A stretch of 37,703 nt of DNA from Octopus bimaculoides (GCF_001194135.2 NC_068994.1:10894473-10932175); one strand, 5' to 3'. Positions 10,057-21,157 are shown, numbered from the stretch's first letter. Translations and numbers: made by a program. The notes: generated by a model from the sequence alone, not told the origin.

Positions 10057-10836
10057 ACAAAGGATTATTTACCTAAATTCAGTGGAATACATCCACTAGT
10101 TTTCACATATGTATTATATTATATATATATATATGTTATATATATATACTATATTGAAAGCGGACGTTAAACGATGATGATAATGATATATATATATATA
10201 TTATATTATATATGTTATATATATATGTTATATATATATTATATTATATATATATGTTATATATATATGTTATATATATATTATATTATATATATATATT
10301 ATATTATATATAATATATTTATATATNNNNNNNNNNNNNNNNNNNNNNNNNNNNNNNNNNNNNNNNNNNNNNNNNNNNNNNNNNNNNNNNNNNNNNNNNN
10401 NNNNNNNNNNNNNNNNNNNNNNNNNNNNNNNNNNNNNNNNNNNNNNNNNNNNNNNNNNNNNNNNNNNNNNNNNNNNNNNNNNNNNNNNNNNNNNNNNNNN
10501 NNNNNNNNNNNNNNNNNNNNNNNNNNNNNNNNNNNNNNNNNNNNNNNNNNNNNNNNNNNNNNNNNNNNNNNNNNNNNNNNNNNNNNNNNNNNNNNNNNNN
10601 NNNNNNNNNNNNNNNNNNNNNNNNNNNNNNNNNNNNNNNNNNNNNNNNNNNNNNNNNNNNNNNNNNNNNNNNNNNNNNNNNNNNNNNNNNNNNNNNNNNN
10701 NNNNNNNNNNNNNNNNAAAAAAAAAAAAAAAAAAAAAAAAAAGAAAAAGGAGTTGGGTGCTTGAACAGTGCAGTATGGTATTAATATTAATACTATTCAG
10801 CAATATCTCCACTTACTGTTTGTGATCACAGACCTG

Positions 10837-10901
<65 letters not shown>

Positions 10902-11350
10902 GGAGGGAGAGATATATAAACATATGTACATACATATATACATGCATACATACAAACATAGATATAGATACACACACACATACATACACACACACACACA
11001 TACACACACCTACACATACTTCAAAATTTCAGAACATCAATGCTGGTTGCTTACCATTATTTCCCATTTTCAATTTTTGATCGTAAAGTGAAAGAATACC
11101 ACACACACACACATGAATTTTGATAAGAAACATGTGTATAATAGTAATTTAAATAAATTCTTTTAAATGTCATACGTATGTAGTGCATGTAGGTATGAAT
11201 GCATCAGTGTATATCTGTATGCATGTTATGTCTATGTATATATGTGCGTATGTGTGTATTCAAATATGAAGTAGAAACAGCTTGAGAAATATAGGCTGTG
11301 CTTGTAGGTGTAAGACAATATATTCTCATCAATTTACCTGGTGTTAAAAC

Positions 11351-11791
11351 TAGGGCAGAGGAGTTGGAGTTGTAAACAATTAAAGGGTAACTGGAGTCGG
11401 AGTCGGTAAAACTATACTGACTCCAACTCTGACTCACAATATCTGTATTCTTTAGTGTAAACCAGTTATAACATCTAGGCCTACTTAAAGTACAAGTGTA
11501 TGCATATCCTTTATGAGATATGTAGACCACAGTCACTTAATTACACACACAGGAGTTGGAGTCAGAGGTACCAATAGTAGAGAAGTTGGAGTCAGAGGTA
11601 CCAATAGTAGAGAAGTTGGAGTCAGAGGTACCAATAGTAGAGGAGTTGGAGTCAGAGGTGTGAATAGTAGAGGAGTCAGAGATGCTCATAGTAGAGGAGT
11701 CGGAGGTGCCAATAGTAGAGGAGTTGGAGTCAGAGGTGCCAATAGTAGAGGAGTCGGAGTCGAAATTTTTTGTTCCGACTCCACATCCCTA
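11351..11791. mobile_element. Putative hAT-type MITE with GGAGTC(G/A)GA subterminal repeats
   Basis: Left end tagggcagaggagttgga versus reverse complement of the right end tagggatgtggagtcgga (14/18); TAGGG...CCCTA termini; no 8-bp TSD preserved. Confidence 0.5.
11551..11760. repeat. 30-bp / 24-bp minisatellite (aggagttggagtcagaggtaccaatagtag)
   Basis: Four 30-bp units, two 24-bp variants, one more 30-bp unit and a partial unit. Confidence 0.9.
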
Positions 11792-12335
11792 TCACAGAGT
11801 CAATTCATTCGGCTAAAATTTTTCGAGAGAGTGCCCCAGCATGGCTACAGTCTAATGACTGAAACAAGTAAAAGAAAGATGAAAGATTCATCAAAAAAAA
11901 AAAGAAAAAGAAAAAAATGAAATAAAATAAAGCAAACAGTCACAATTATTATTATTAATTCTTGCAAACAGAACCACAGCTACTACAACAGGTAGCGTCA
12001 TGATCTGCCAGGTAACGAGACACTTGCTGATTAATAATTAACACTCCCCTTGATTACATCAGTAACCTTTACCTGCCTTCTTATATGTATATACATGGTG
12101 TCTATTTTAGACTAGATCCACACACGATGGTGGGAATAATTACAGTAACAACGGCAACAGCAACAACAACAGAGAGGAAAACAGAAACAAACGCAGGAAC
12201 GTAATGCAGCTTGGCATCACGTCTAGTTCCAAGCAAGTTTCTCCCACCATCTTCTCTACGTTGATGGTGAAAAGCTCTTTTGTCCACCCTGTGTTCTCTA
12301 TTATTATTCTTTTATTGTTTTACTCGTTTCAGTTT

Positions 12336-12385
12336 GGCTGTGTGGTAAGTAGCTTGCTTACCAACCACATGGTTCCGGGTTCAGT
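12336..12385 (+). mobile_element. SINE A tRNA-like head fragment
   Basis: ggctgtgtggtaagtagcttgcttaccaaccacatggttccgggttcagt. Confidence 0.8.
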
Positions 12386-12981
12386 ATTTTTTGTATTTCA
12401 TACCCAAACCGTTATATTTAAAATATCTAATTTGGTTATCCGCATAATTGCCTCTAAAAATAAATAAACATATAAATAATAGACACTGTAGACGATATAG
12501 TCCTCAATACAGCCAAAAAGAGACAGGATGGCTGATGCTGAAAAGCATTCGGTCACAGAATCTGTTCGATCAGAGCTGGTCCAAAGGCTAAAGAACAGCA
12601 TATGAAGGTTAGATGAAGGCTAAAATTTAAGACAAAACGTTCATGGCTATTCGCTTTTAGACGTGGACACAACTATGTGATTGTTTGGCTTGGTAGAAAT
12701 TGCTGCTAAATCTCTTTTAAATTACAGGCTACTGTCCCTTGTACATAGACAAAAAAAAAAAATAATAATAAATAGGTTGTGTATGGCCGCAGCTGGCAAG
12801 CTTTTTATCCTAGGTCTATTTGATCACGGCTGACCTGGGTTTAAATAAGAACAGCCAAATCACATTGCGCCAACACTTAACACACTCACACACACACACA
12901 CAAAGGGACATTTACATAAACACAACCACTGGCCGACCGTGTGTTTGCGTATAAATATGTATAATTCATACATATATGTGC

Positions 12982-13013
<32 letters not shown>

Positions 13014-13579
13014 GCGTATGCGTGTACAAATATATATATATGTAATATATATATATATATATGNNNNNNNNNNNNNNNNNNNNNNNNNNNNNNNNNNNNN
13101 NNNNNNNNNNNNNNNNNNNNNNNNNNNNNNNNNNNNNNNNNNNNNNNNNNNNNNNNNNNNNNNNNNNNNNNATATATGCGTATGCGTGTACAAATATATA
13201 TATATGTAATATATATATATATATATATATGCGTATGCGTGTACAAATATATATATATGTAATATATATATATATATATGCGTGTGTGTGTACAAATATA
13301 AGCTGTGAACTATATATATGTATAAGCTTGTGTGTATAGTCATTGATGTATGTGTGTATATAAACATAAAATATATGCATGCATTCACACACACACACAT
13401 ATGCGTGTGTAAACATATATGAAATTATATATATAAATATCTGAATGTGTGTATAACATGTATACAGAAAAATAGACAAGCACAACGCCATCATCACACA
13501 CACACACACACACACATACACGCACACACAAACTTACATACAACATATATATATACACCCATTCACACGCACAAAACGT

Positions 13580-13860
13580 CTGTCGGCGGGCGGGATAAAG
13601 TTGCGACGTTGAAAGAAAAAAAAAAGTAGTGAAATAGTTGCTCTACGCATGCGCACAAAACTTTAAAACTTTTCCTTTTGTCCGCTGCCCACTGTGATTG
13701 TTACATAGCCGTGTGCTTGGTTTGGCGCATTGTTTTCTGTCACATAAGACTACGTCCCCGCTCCCTCCCTTTTTGCACTACCCTAGATGTCCCTATGCCT
13801 GCCCATCCTCTCTCTCTTTCTCTGGGTGATTAGCGTTTACTAGAAAAAAAACCATCTGCC
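13580..13860. promoter_or_regulatory. Candidate promoter-like unique segment
   Basis: CpG-containing island among microsatellites: GC-box ggcgggcggg (13585-13594), NRF1-like tacgcatgcgca (13644-13655), ZNF143-associated-like gactacgtcccc (13748-13759). Confidence 0.35.
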
Positions 13861-13895
13861 TATGCACAATCGTACGCACGTATAAATACATAAAC

Positions 13896-13897
<2 letters not shown>

Positions 13898-13960
<63 letters not shown>

Positions 13961-13967
13961 ACATACA

Positions 13968-13999
<32 letters not shown>

Positions 14000-14084
14000 A
14001 ATGCATGTATTTAAATAAATATAATTTGCAATTGAAACTTATTCAGTTCGTTATTGATCTGGTTTTCTTCATTCGATTTAAAAT

Positions 14085-14126
<42 letters not shown>

Positions 14127-14220
14127 GTGTGTGCAATTTTAACATGCAGTCGTTTCTTCTGAACTACTTTGTACTGTCAAAAGTTCGAGACCCCTCTCAC
14201 GTGTGTGTGTAAACATTAGA

Positions 14221-14278
<58 letters not shown>

Positions 14279-14510
14279 AAACATTAGAACAAAGGTATAT
14301 ATATATGTGTGTGTGTGTGTGTGTATGCATGTAGGTATGTGTGTGTGTGTGTGTGTATGTATGCATGTAGGTATGTGTGTGTGTGTATATGCATGCATGT
14401 AGGTATGTATGTGTGTGTGTGTGTATGTATGCATGTAGGTATGTATGTGTGTGTGTGTGTATGTATGCATGTAGGTATGTATGTATGTATGTATGAATAT
14501 GTATATGTAT
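13898..14510. repeat. Microsatellite cluster: (ATCT)n(ATAC)n, (GA)n and higher-order (GT)n-ATGCATGTAGGTAT units
   Basis: Direct reading; aaacattagaacaaaggt occurs twice, near 14210 and 14279. Confidence 0.9.
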
Positions 14511-14517
14511 GTATATG

Positions 14518-15145
14518 GTGGAGGCGCAATGGCCCAATGGTTAGGGCAGCGGACTCGCGGTCGTAGGATCGTGGTTTCGATTCCCAGACCGGGCGTTGTG
14601 AGTGTTTATTGNNNNNNNNNNNNNNNNNNNNNNNNNNNNNNNNNNNNNNNNNNNNNNNNNNNNNNNNNNNNNNNNNNNNNNNNNNNNNNNNNNNNNNNNN
14701 NNNNNNNNNNNNNNNNNNNNNNNNNNNNNNNNNNNNNNNNNNNNNNNNNNNNNNNNNNNNNNNNNNNNNNNNNNNNNNNNNNNNNNNNNNNNNNNNNNNN
14801 NNNNNNNNNNNNNNNNNNNNNNNNNNNNNNNNNNNNNNNNNNNNNNNNNNNNNNNNNNNNNNNNNNNNNNNNNNNNNNNNNNNNNNNNNNNNNNNNNNNN
14901 NNNNNNNNCTGTACTCTTTCGCCACAACTTTCTCTCACTCTTTTTTCCTGTTTCTGTTGTGCCTGTAATTCAAAGGGTCAGCCTTGTCACACTGTGTCAC
15001 TGTGAATGTCCCCGAGAACTACGTTAAGGGTACACGTGTCTGTGGAGTGCTCAGCCACTTGCACGTTAATTTCACGAGCAGGCTGTTCCGTTGATCGGGT
15101 CAACTGGAACCCTCGACGTCGTAAGCGACGGAGTGCCAACGACAA
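14518..15145 (+). mobile_element. SINE family C (tRNA-like head, (AAC)n-type tail), spanning a gap
   Basis: gtggaggcgcaatggcccaatggttagggcagcggactcgcgg...gtttcgattccc (A and B boxes); 3' end cgtcgtaagcgacggagtgccaac; matches 21690-22062 and 26717-27109. Confidence 0.9.
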
Positions 15146-15671
15146 TTAGTATATATATGTGCGCGCCCACCAATTTTAATATATTTTTTTTTTACATCGA
15201 ATTCCGATGTAATTGTACTCTACATCACCTGAAAGTTATTTGTAGAAAATTTCATTAAAAACTGTCCATTTTCCTGAAGAAACAAAAGAAAGGAGTTAAT
15301 GGTCACCAGACAATAGTTACGATGCGTCCAGTTTGTATAGATAATGGTGTGTATAGCGTTAGATTATAACTTGGACTTAGGTCAGCCTTGATAGAACAGA
15401 TCTCTATAATCAAAAATATTCCGGTAGTGTTCAATGATTCTAAGAAGAAAAAAGAAAAAGCCGAAAATTCATACACTCACATATACGCAAACTTTGCAAT
15501 ACTGTTGAATATGGAAATCGATTTATGGTCATTATGCTTAACTATGGAAGGGCACAAAAGACATAATCCGGAATGTAAATAGTTTTATTATCGCACGTAA
15601 GGGATTTACTGGCGTGTAAGACACGCACCCTTATTTTACAAATATATTTTGTGGAAAAACAAATTAAGTAT

Positions 15672-15889
15672 ACTCTTTTACTCTTTTCAGTCATTTGACT
15701 GTGGCCATGCTGGAACACCGCCTTTATAGTCGAGCAAATCGACCCCAGGACTTATTCTTTGGAAGCCTAGTACTTATTCTATCGATCTCTTTTGCCGAAC
15801 CTCTAAGTTACGGGGACGTAAACATACCAGCATCGGTTGTCAAGCGATGTTGGGGGGACAAACACAGGCACAAACATATATATACACAC

Positions 15890-15934
<45 letters not shown>

Positions 15935-16106
15935 TATACGACGGGCTTCTTTCAGTTTACGTCTACCAAATCCACTCACAAGGCTTTGGTCGGCCCGAGA
16001 CTATAGTAGAAGACACTTGCCCAAGGTGCCACGCAGTGGGAATGAACCCGGAACCATGTGGTTGGTAGGTAAGCAGGCTACTTACCACACAGCCACTCCT
16101 GCGCCT
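15672..16106 (-). mobile_element. SINE A, full length, little diverged
   Basis: All three modules are close to the consensus of the other copies. Confidence 0.92.
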
Positions 16107-16336
16107 ATATTTCATATTTTAAAGTGATTTTGTGAGGGCGCTCAAAACACTTCTCAATTTCTAGCAATTTGTTTTTAAAAAACTGAAATCAAAGTTGACC
16201 ATAACAAGACTTGAACTCATGCGTACAAAGAGCCAGAACAAGTAGTGGGTAAACTTTCGGTTTATGATCACAAAGTGAAAAGTGGAAAGCAATTGGCCAG
16301 CATTAAACGTCAATGAATGCAAAAGTTAACGTTATC

Positions 16337-16450
16337 TGATTTATTAGTGTAATGATATAGTTCGGATGATTTATTACAGAAGCTTTGAACGATTGTTTAT
16401 GAAAGATGATCTATAATGAAATGAAAATGAACGTGTAAATGATTTATTAG
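16337..16450. promoter_or_regulatory. Cluster of three TGATTTATTA motifs (Pbx/Exd-Hox-like sites)
   Basis: TGATTTATTAG at 16337, TGATTTATTAC at 16367, TGATTTATTAG at 16440, with unrelated spacers. Confidence 0.3.
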
Positions 16451-16985
16451 TAAACTATGAAAGCTAAAACTATTTAATTTGTAAGATAGCATTGTCTAAT
16501 ACAATTTAAAAATTGCGTAAATTCGTTGTTTTTAATGATTTTTGTATCAGCAAAATTCTTGTAGAATGAGTTAGAAATACTATGTCTGAATGTACCAGGT
16601 GCAATGCGATATTTGTTTTTTAGTCTGTCGCACAGTACCTTGTTTAGTGCCTGTTGGAATAATAAAAAAAAAAAAGGTAGACTGGTTTACTACCGAATTG
16701 TAAAGAATTATGGAGTTTGACAAAGATTGCCGAATCGTGTCAAATTTCCCACTTTACTTTGTGATCAGAAGCTGAAAGATTACTCAAATACTGTAAGGGT
16801 AGTTGTTTTTCTTACATCCTACGGGAAGAGGTTAACAGTTCCTTGTTCAACTCTTCACCAGATAGAGAGAGACAATATGCACGTTTGCATCACAAACTCA
16901 TCCCAAGCAAAGTAATAAATTGGGAATCTATAGCAGCATATTAAGGGCCCGTGAAGAAATTTTGCTTTCGATGTATTTATTGCAG

Positions 16986-17036
16986 GAAACAGCTAGAGTT
17001 CTTTCTCTTACGTTTAACACAGTTCAAACTAGACAG
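16986..17036 (+). other. Candidate 51-nt internal exon (unverified)
   Basis: Acceptor ttttgctttcgatgtatttattgcag|G and donor CAG|gtgaaa; open in phase 0 (ETARVLSLTFNTVQTRQ) and phase 2 (KQLEFFLLRLTQFKLD). Confidence 0.22.
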
Positions 17037-17099
17037 GTGAAAGTGTGACACAGAAAACAGGGATTTTGAAAGAAATATCTTTAAAATTAGTTTTTAAAC

Positions 17100-17190
17100 G
17101 TGACACCTGCCCGAGTTGCCACGTAGTGGGACTGAACCCAGAATCATGTGGTTGGGAAGCAAGCTTCGTACCACACAGCCACTCTTGCGT
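17100..17190 (-). mobile_element. SINE A head, diverged
   Basis: gacacctgcccgagttgccacgtagtgggactgaaccc...ccacacagccactc. Confidence 0.75.
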
Positions 17191-17300
17191 ATTTCTTAAA
17201 AATCATTTAACATATTTGCGCGTAACAAAATTATGAATAACATGCTTTTCAAAATACTCATGGATTAGTATCAGTTTTCCAAAAACCTCAAATTATATTC

Positions 17301-17345
17301 GGCATACCTACACAAGTATGCCCCTCCCGCTTGTGTAGGTATGCC
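17301..17345. mobile_element. 45-bp TIR element with perfect 8-bp target-site duplication
   Basis: TIRs ggcatacctacacaag / cttgtgtaggtatgcc (16/16); ttatattc at 17293-17300 and at 17346-17353. Confidence 0.75.
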
Positions 17346-17550
17346 TTATATTCTTTAAAATGATAGATTCTTCTTTGTTAGAGCGTCGTTAGATCTGCTA
17401 GAAACAACTATTAAATCGCCCTCAAACTACACACTGCTTCAGCCTTTTTCACTTTGTTAGAGAATGGATAAATTTTTTTTTTTTTAAATCAATGTCACAC
17501 TACGTATGGAAACTAAAATAAAAACCACTTTAAAGTTTCAAAATTTAGGA

Positions 17551-18480
17551 AACTGTATTGATAAACATAATATCAATAACAATAACAACATCCATAACAA
17601 CATCATCAACAGTATTAATAAACACAATATTAACAACAGTAACAACAGCCATAACAACATCAACCGTATTAACACAATATTAACAATAACAACATCCATA
17701 ACATCATCATCAACCGTATTAACACAATATTAACAATAACAACAGCCGTAACAACATCATCAACCATATTAATAAACACAATATTAACAACAGTAACAAC
17801 AACCATAACAACATCAACCGTATTAACACAATATTAACAATAACAACAGCCGTAACAACATCATCAACAGTATTAATAAACACAATATTAACAACAATAA
17901 CAACAGCCAGTTGATGTTGTTGTTATGGCTGTTGTTACTGTTGTTGATATTGTATTTATTAATACGGTTGATGATGTTGTTATGGCTGTTATTGTTGTCA
18001 ATATTATGTTTATCAATACAGTTGATGTTGTTATGGCTGTTGTTATTGTCGATATGTTTATCAATACAGTTGATGATGTTGTTATGGCTGTTGTTATTGT
18101 CGATATTATGTTTATTGATACAGTTGATGATGTTGTTATGGCTGTTGTTATTGTTGTTGATATGTTTATCAGTACAGTTGATGTTGTTATGGCTGTTGTT
18201 ATTGTCGATATTATGTTTATTGATACAGTTGATGATGTTGTTATGACTGTTTTTATTGTTGTCAATATTGTGTTTATTAATACAGTTGATGATGTTGTTA
18301 TGGCTGTTGTTGTTGTCGATATTGTGTTCATTAATACAGTCGATGATGCTGTTATGACTGTTGTTGTTGATACTGTGTTTATCGATACAATTAACGATGA
18401 TGGTACAGTTGTTATTGTTGATATTGTTGTAGTCGTTGACATGATTGTTGTTATGGCTGATTTGCTTGTATAGTTGTTGT
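17551..18480. repeat. ~51-63 bp minisatellite array that switches strand at 17909-17910
   Basis: Left units aacaacagccataacaacatcatcaacagtattaataaacacaatattaac; right units are the reverse complement (gttgatgatgttgttatggctgttgttattgtcgatattatgtttattaatac). Confidence 0.9.
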
Positions 18481-18793
18481 TGTTGTTGACATGGTTGTTA
18501 CCACCGTTTATATAGTTATTGTATTAGTTACTGATATGGTTGTTCTTATTTATGTTGATACAATTGTTGTTTTAACTATAGATAATAATGATAACTATTG
18601 CTTCAGTTATCATTATTATTGTTGTTGTTATGGATGTTATGGATAGAGCTATTGCTGAAACAGTCTTATTTTCAGTATGTTTTATATTATTATTCATCTT
18701 GTCATTCATGTTGTACTTGATATGGTAATTCTTGTTCTTCTGCAAAATTCTGAGAGGCTGTATTCATCATTATCATTCACTAATATATTCACA

Positions 18794-18990
18794 TTAACCC
18801 TTTTGTTATCGCATTTCTATTGAAATACAGAGGCTTTGTTTAAATTCATTTTGAAAATATTGAGGAATTTTGTAAAATTTAATGTTTGGAGCATAAATTA
18901 ACAAGCAATTCCGATGGAAGGTTTTAGTTTAGATCCATTTATCTATTTAAAGCAGGAAGTTTGAATTCTACAATAAGGGACAGTCTCAGA
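18794..18990. mobile_element. Possible piggyBac-like MITE fragment
   Basis: Begins TTAA|CCCTTT; no matching right end was seen. Confidence 0.3.
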
Positions 18991-19017
18991 CAAATTAGTA
19001 TAAAAAAAAAGTTAATG

Positions 19018-19789
19018 CAGTGGTTCCCAAAGTGGGCGGTACTTCCCCCACTGGCAGTGGGGGGGAGATCCAAGGGGGTGTTGAAGAAAATGGGGCAATA
19101 ATAGGGTACTCTTTTACTTGTTTCAGTCATTTGACTGTGGCCATGCTGGAGCACCGCCTTTTAGTCGAGCAAATCGACCCCAGGACTTATTCTTTGTAAG
19201 CCTAGTACTTATTCTATTGGTCTCTTTANNNNNNNNNNNNNNNNNNNNNNNNNNNNNNNNNNNNNNNNNNNNNNNNNNNNNNNNNNNNNNNNNNNNNNNN
19301 NNNNNNNNNNNNNNNNNNNNNNNNNNNNNNNNNNNNNNNNNNNNNNNNNNNNNNNNNNNNNNNNNNNNNNNNNNNNNNNNNNNNNNNNNNNNNNNNNNNN
19401 NNNNNNNNNNNNNNNNNNNNNNNNNNNNNNNNNNNTATATATATACATATATACGACGGGCTTCTTTGAGTTTCCATCTACCAAATCCACTCACAAGGCT
19501 TTGGTCGGCCCGAGGCTATAGTAGAAGACACTTGCCCAAGGTGCCACACAGTGGGACTGAACCCATAACCACACAGCCACTCAAAATGGGGCAATGGATG
19601 TAAGAAAAAAAAACCAATGAAATAATGGGTTAATTAGGTTAAGTTTTACTTGTGAAATACTGTAGTTTGTAATTTGCGATAGAAAGTGGTCTATGTTTGT
19701 GAAGGTTAGTTGGGGGGTAGGGTGAGGACACTACGAATGTGGCCCAAGTGAAAGGGAGCCAGCAGTCTGAAAAAATTTGGGAACCACTA
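19018..19789. mobile_element. hAT-type MITE interrupted by a SINE A
   Basis: TIRs cagtggttcccaaa / tttgggaaccacta; degenerate 8-bp TSD agttaatg / ggttaata (6/8). Confidence 0.75.
19107..19582 (-). mobile_element. SINE A nested in the hAT MITE
   Basis: Tail, N-gap at the microsatellite position, and head with an internal deletion. Confidence 0.88.
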
Positions 19790-19833
19790 GGTTAATACTT
19801 AATGCTTAATGCATGCGATACGTTTGTTATAGT

Positions 19834-20048
19834 AATGCGGTGAGCTGGCAGAAACATTAGCAGGCTGGGCGAAATGCTTAGCAGTATTTCATCTATCTTT
19901 ATGTTCTGAGTTCAAATTTCACTGCGGTCGACTTTGCCTTTCATCCTTTCGAGGTCAATAAATTAAGTACCAGTTGCATACTGCGGTTGATCTAACTGAC
20001 TGGCCCCCTCCCCCAAAATTTCAGGCCTTGTACCTAGAGTAGAAAAGA
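19834..20048 (+). mobile_element. SINE B (B1 tail), full length, with TSD
   Basis: gcggtgagctggcagaaacattagc...cctagagtagaaaaga; flanked by atacgtttgttatagt (19818-19833) and atatgcttgttatagt (20049-20064), 14/16. Confidence 0.88.
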
Positions 20049-20250
20049 ATATGCTTGTTATAGTCACAAGATTCCAATCATAATGTTCAACCTTCAATTT
20101 TCTGCTGCCTGTCATATCCAGTAATTTTCTCGGAAATTTAAACCAAACTTTCTGTTAAATCCACAAGATTTGTGTGTTCTCGTTCCATTGTCTGCATCAA
20201 GAACCAAGAATATTCTCCAACTTCTAAAGCAGCTGATTAATTCTTCAAAA

Positions 20251-20547
20251 CCATATAGCATACAGAATACTCTGTCAAGTGTAATGCTTATTAATTCATA
20301 TTGTTTTGAATTAATCAAGCATTATTATGTAGCTTTGAGATTTCAATGATGTAATTGTTTAGTTTCAAAATGACACTGTGGAGTAGGCGCGAGAGGCCAG
20401 ATCCAAATGTTTTGAACATAAAACTGGTAGAATATCCAGCTCAGCTGTGTGCTTGGAGCTTGTCAAACCATCCTACCTATGTGAGTATGGAAACCAGATG
20501 GTAAATAATAATCATGATGATGGCTGGTTTAAATGCCAAGGGGTTAA
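20251..20547. mobile_element. Possible piggyBac-like MITE with an embedded family D tail fragment
   Basis: Right end aatgccaagggg|TTAA, degenerate left end aaaa|ccatatagca; 20440-20520 resembles the D tail ending gatga. Confidence 0.35.
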
Positions 20548-20726
20548 ACTCTTAGGTATATGTATGTATGTAGGTATGTATATTAGTGTATATGTGTATA
20601 AATATCTATATATATATATAATATATNNNNNNNNNNNNNNNNNNNNNNNNNNNNNNNNNNNNNNNNNNNNNNNNNNNNNNNNNNNNNNNNNNNNNNNNNN
20701 NNNNNNNNNNNNNNNNNNNNNNNNNN

Positions 20727-20769
<43 letters not shown>

Positions 20770-21157
20770 TATGCAAGCACCCAGTACACACTGTAAAGTA
20801 GTGGGCATTATGGAAAACATCCACTCATAGAAAGATTCACAAATCTGACTTTTAGGGTTTCATGTAGCTTTGTAGCTTGTCAGACCTTGTGAAACCCATG
20901 TCCAGCCCATGTCAGCAAAGAGAACCGACATTAAATAATAATGATGATCCCGTCTTGTCGTGGAACCATGTCAGTGACCATGTCTTGGTTATTCTCCAAA
21001 AATATTTTGACATTTCATGAAATAAATCTAAAGTGAATTTAAAACTTTGGGTATTAGTAATGGCTAAAATAGTTCTGGTTCTTCTGCAATGTAACTATCT
21101 TATATTTGTTTCAGTTTTGTCGTTACTGCTGTTGCTAATATTATCATTACTACAATA

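Noticed and set aside
10717-10750. Poly(A) run as a retrocopy tail
   Set aside because: Upstream sequence is an N-gap, so it cannot be evaluated.
10779-10794. 16-bp perfect palindrome gtattaatattaatac
   Set aside because: Almost pure AT; expected by chance in this composition.
11551-11760. CRISPR-like array (also considered for 17551-18480)
   Set aside because: Units are contiguous with no unique spacers; eukaryotic context and no cas genes.
11513-11920. VGVRGTNSRE repeat protein
   Set aside because: In-frame reading of a 30/24-bp minisatellite inside a TIR element; the ORF ends in a SINE tail and has no splice support.
14518-14600. tRNA genes at SINE A, B and C heads
   Set aside because: A and B boxes are present but there is no complete cloverleaf, and each continues into a repeated SINE body.
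15598-15630. pogo/Tigger-like terminus (taagggatttactggcgtgtaagacacgcaccc)
   Set aside because: Single degenerate end with no partner TIR visible.
17888-18473. 182-184 aa repeat ORFs on both strands
   Set aside because: Derived from an (AAC/AAT)n-based minisatellite; openness on both strands follows from the triplet structure.
20130-20235. Minus-strand candidate exon (VGEYSWFLMQTMEREHTNLVDLTE)
   Set aside because: Weak donor (gtttgg), no recognisable homology, and adjacent to repeats.
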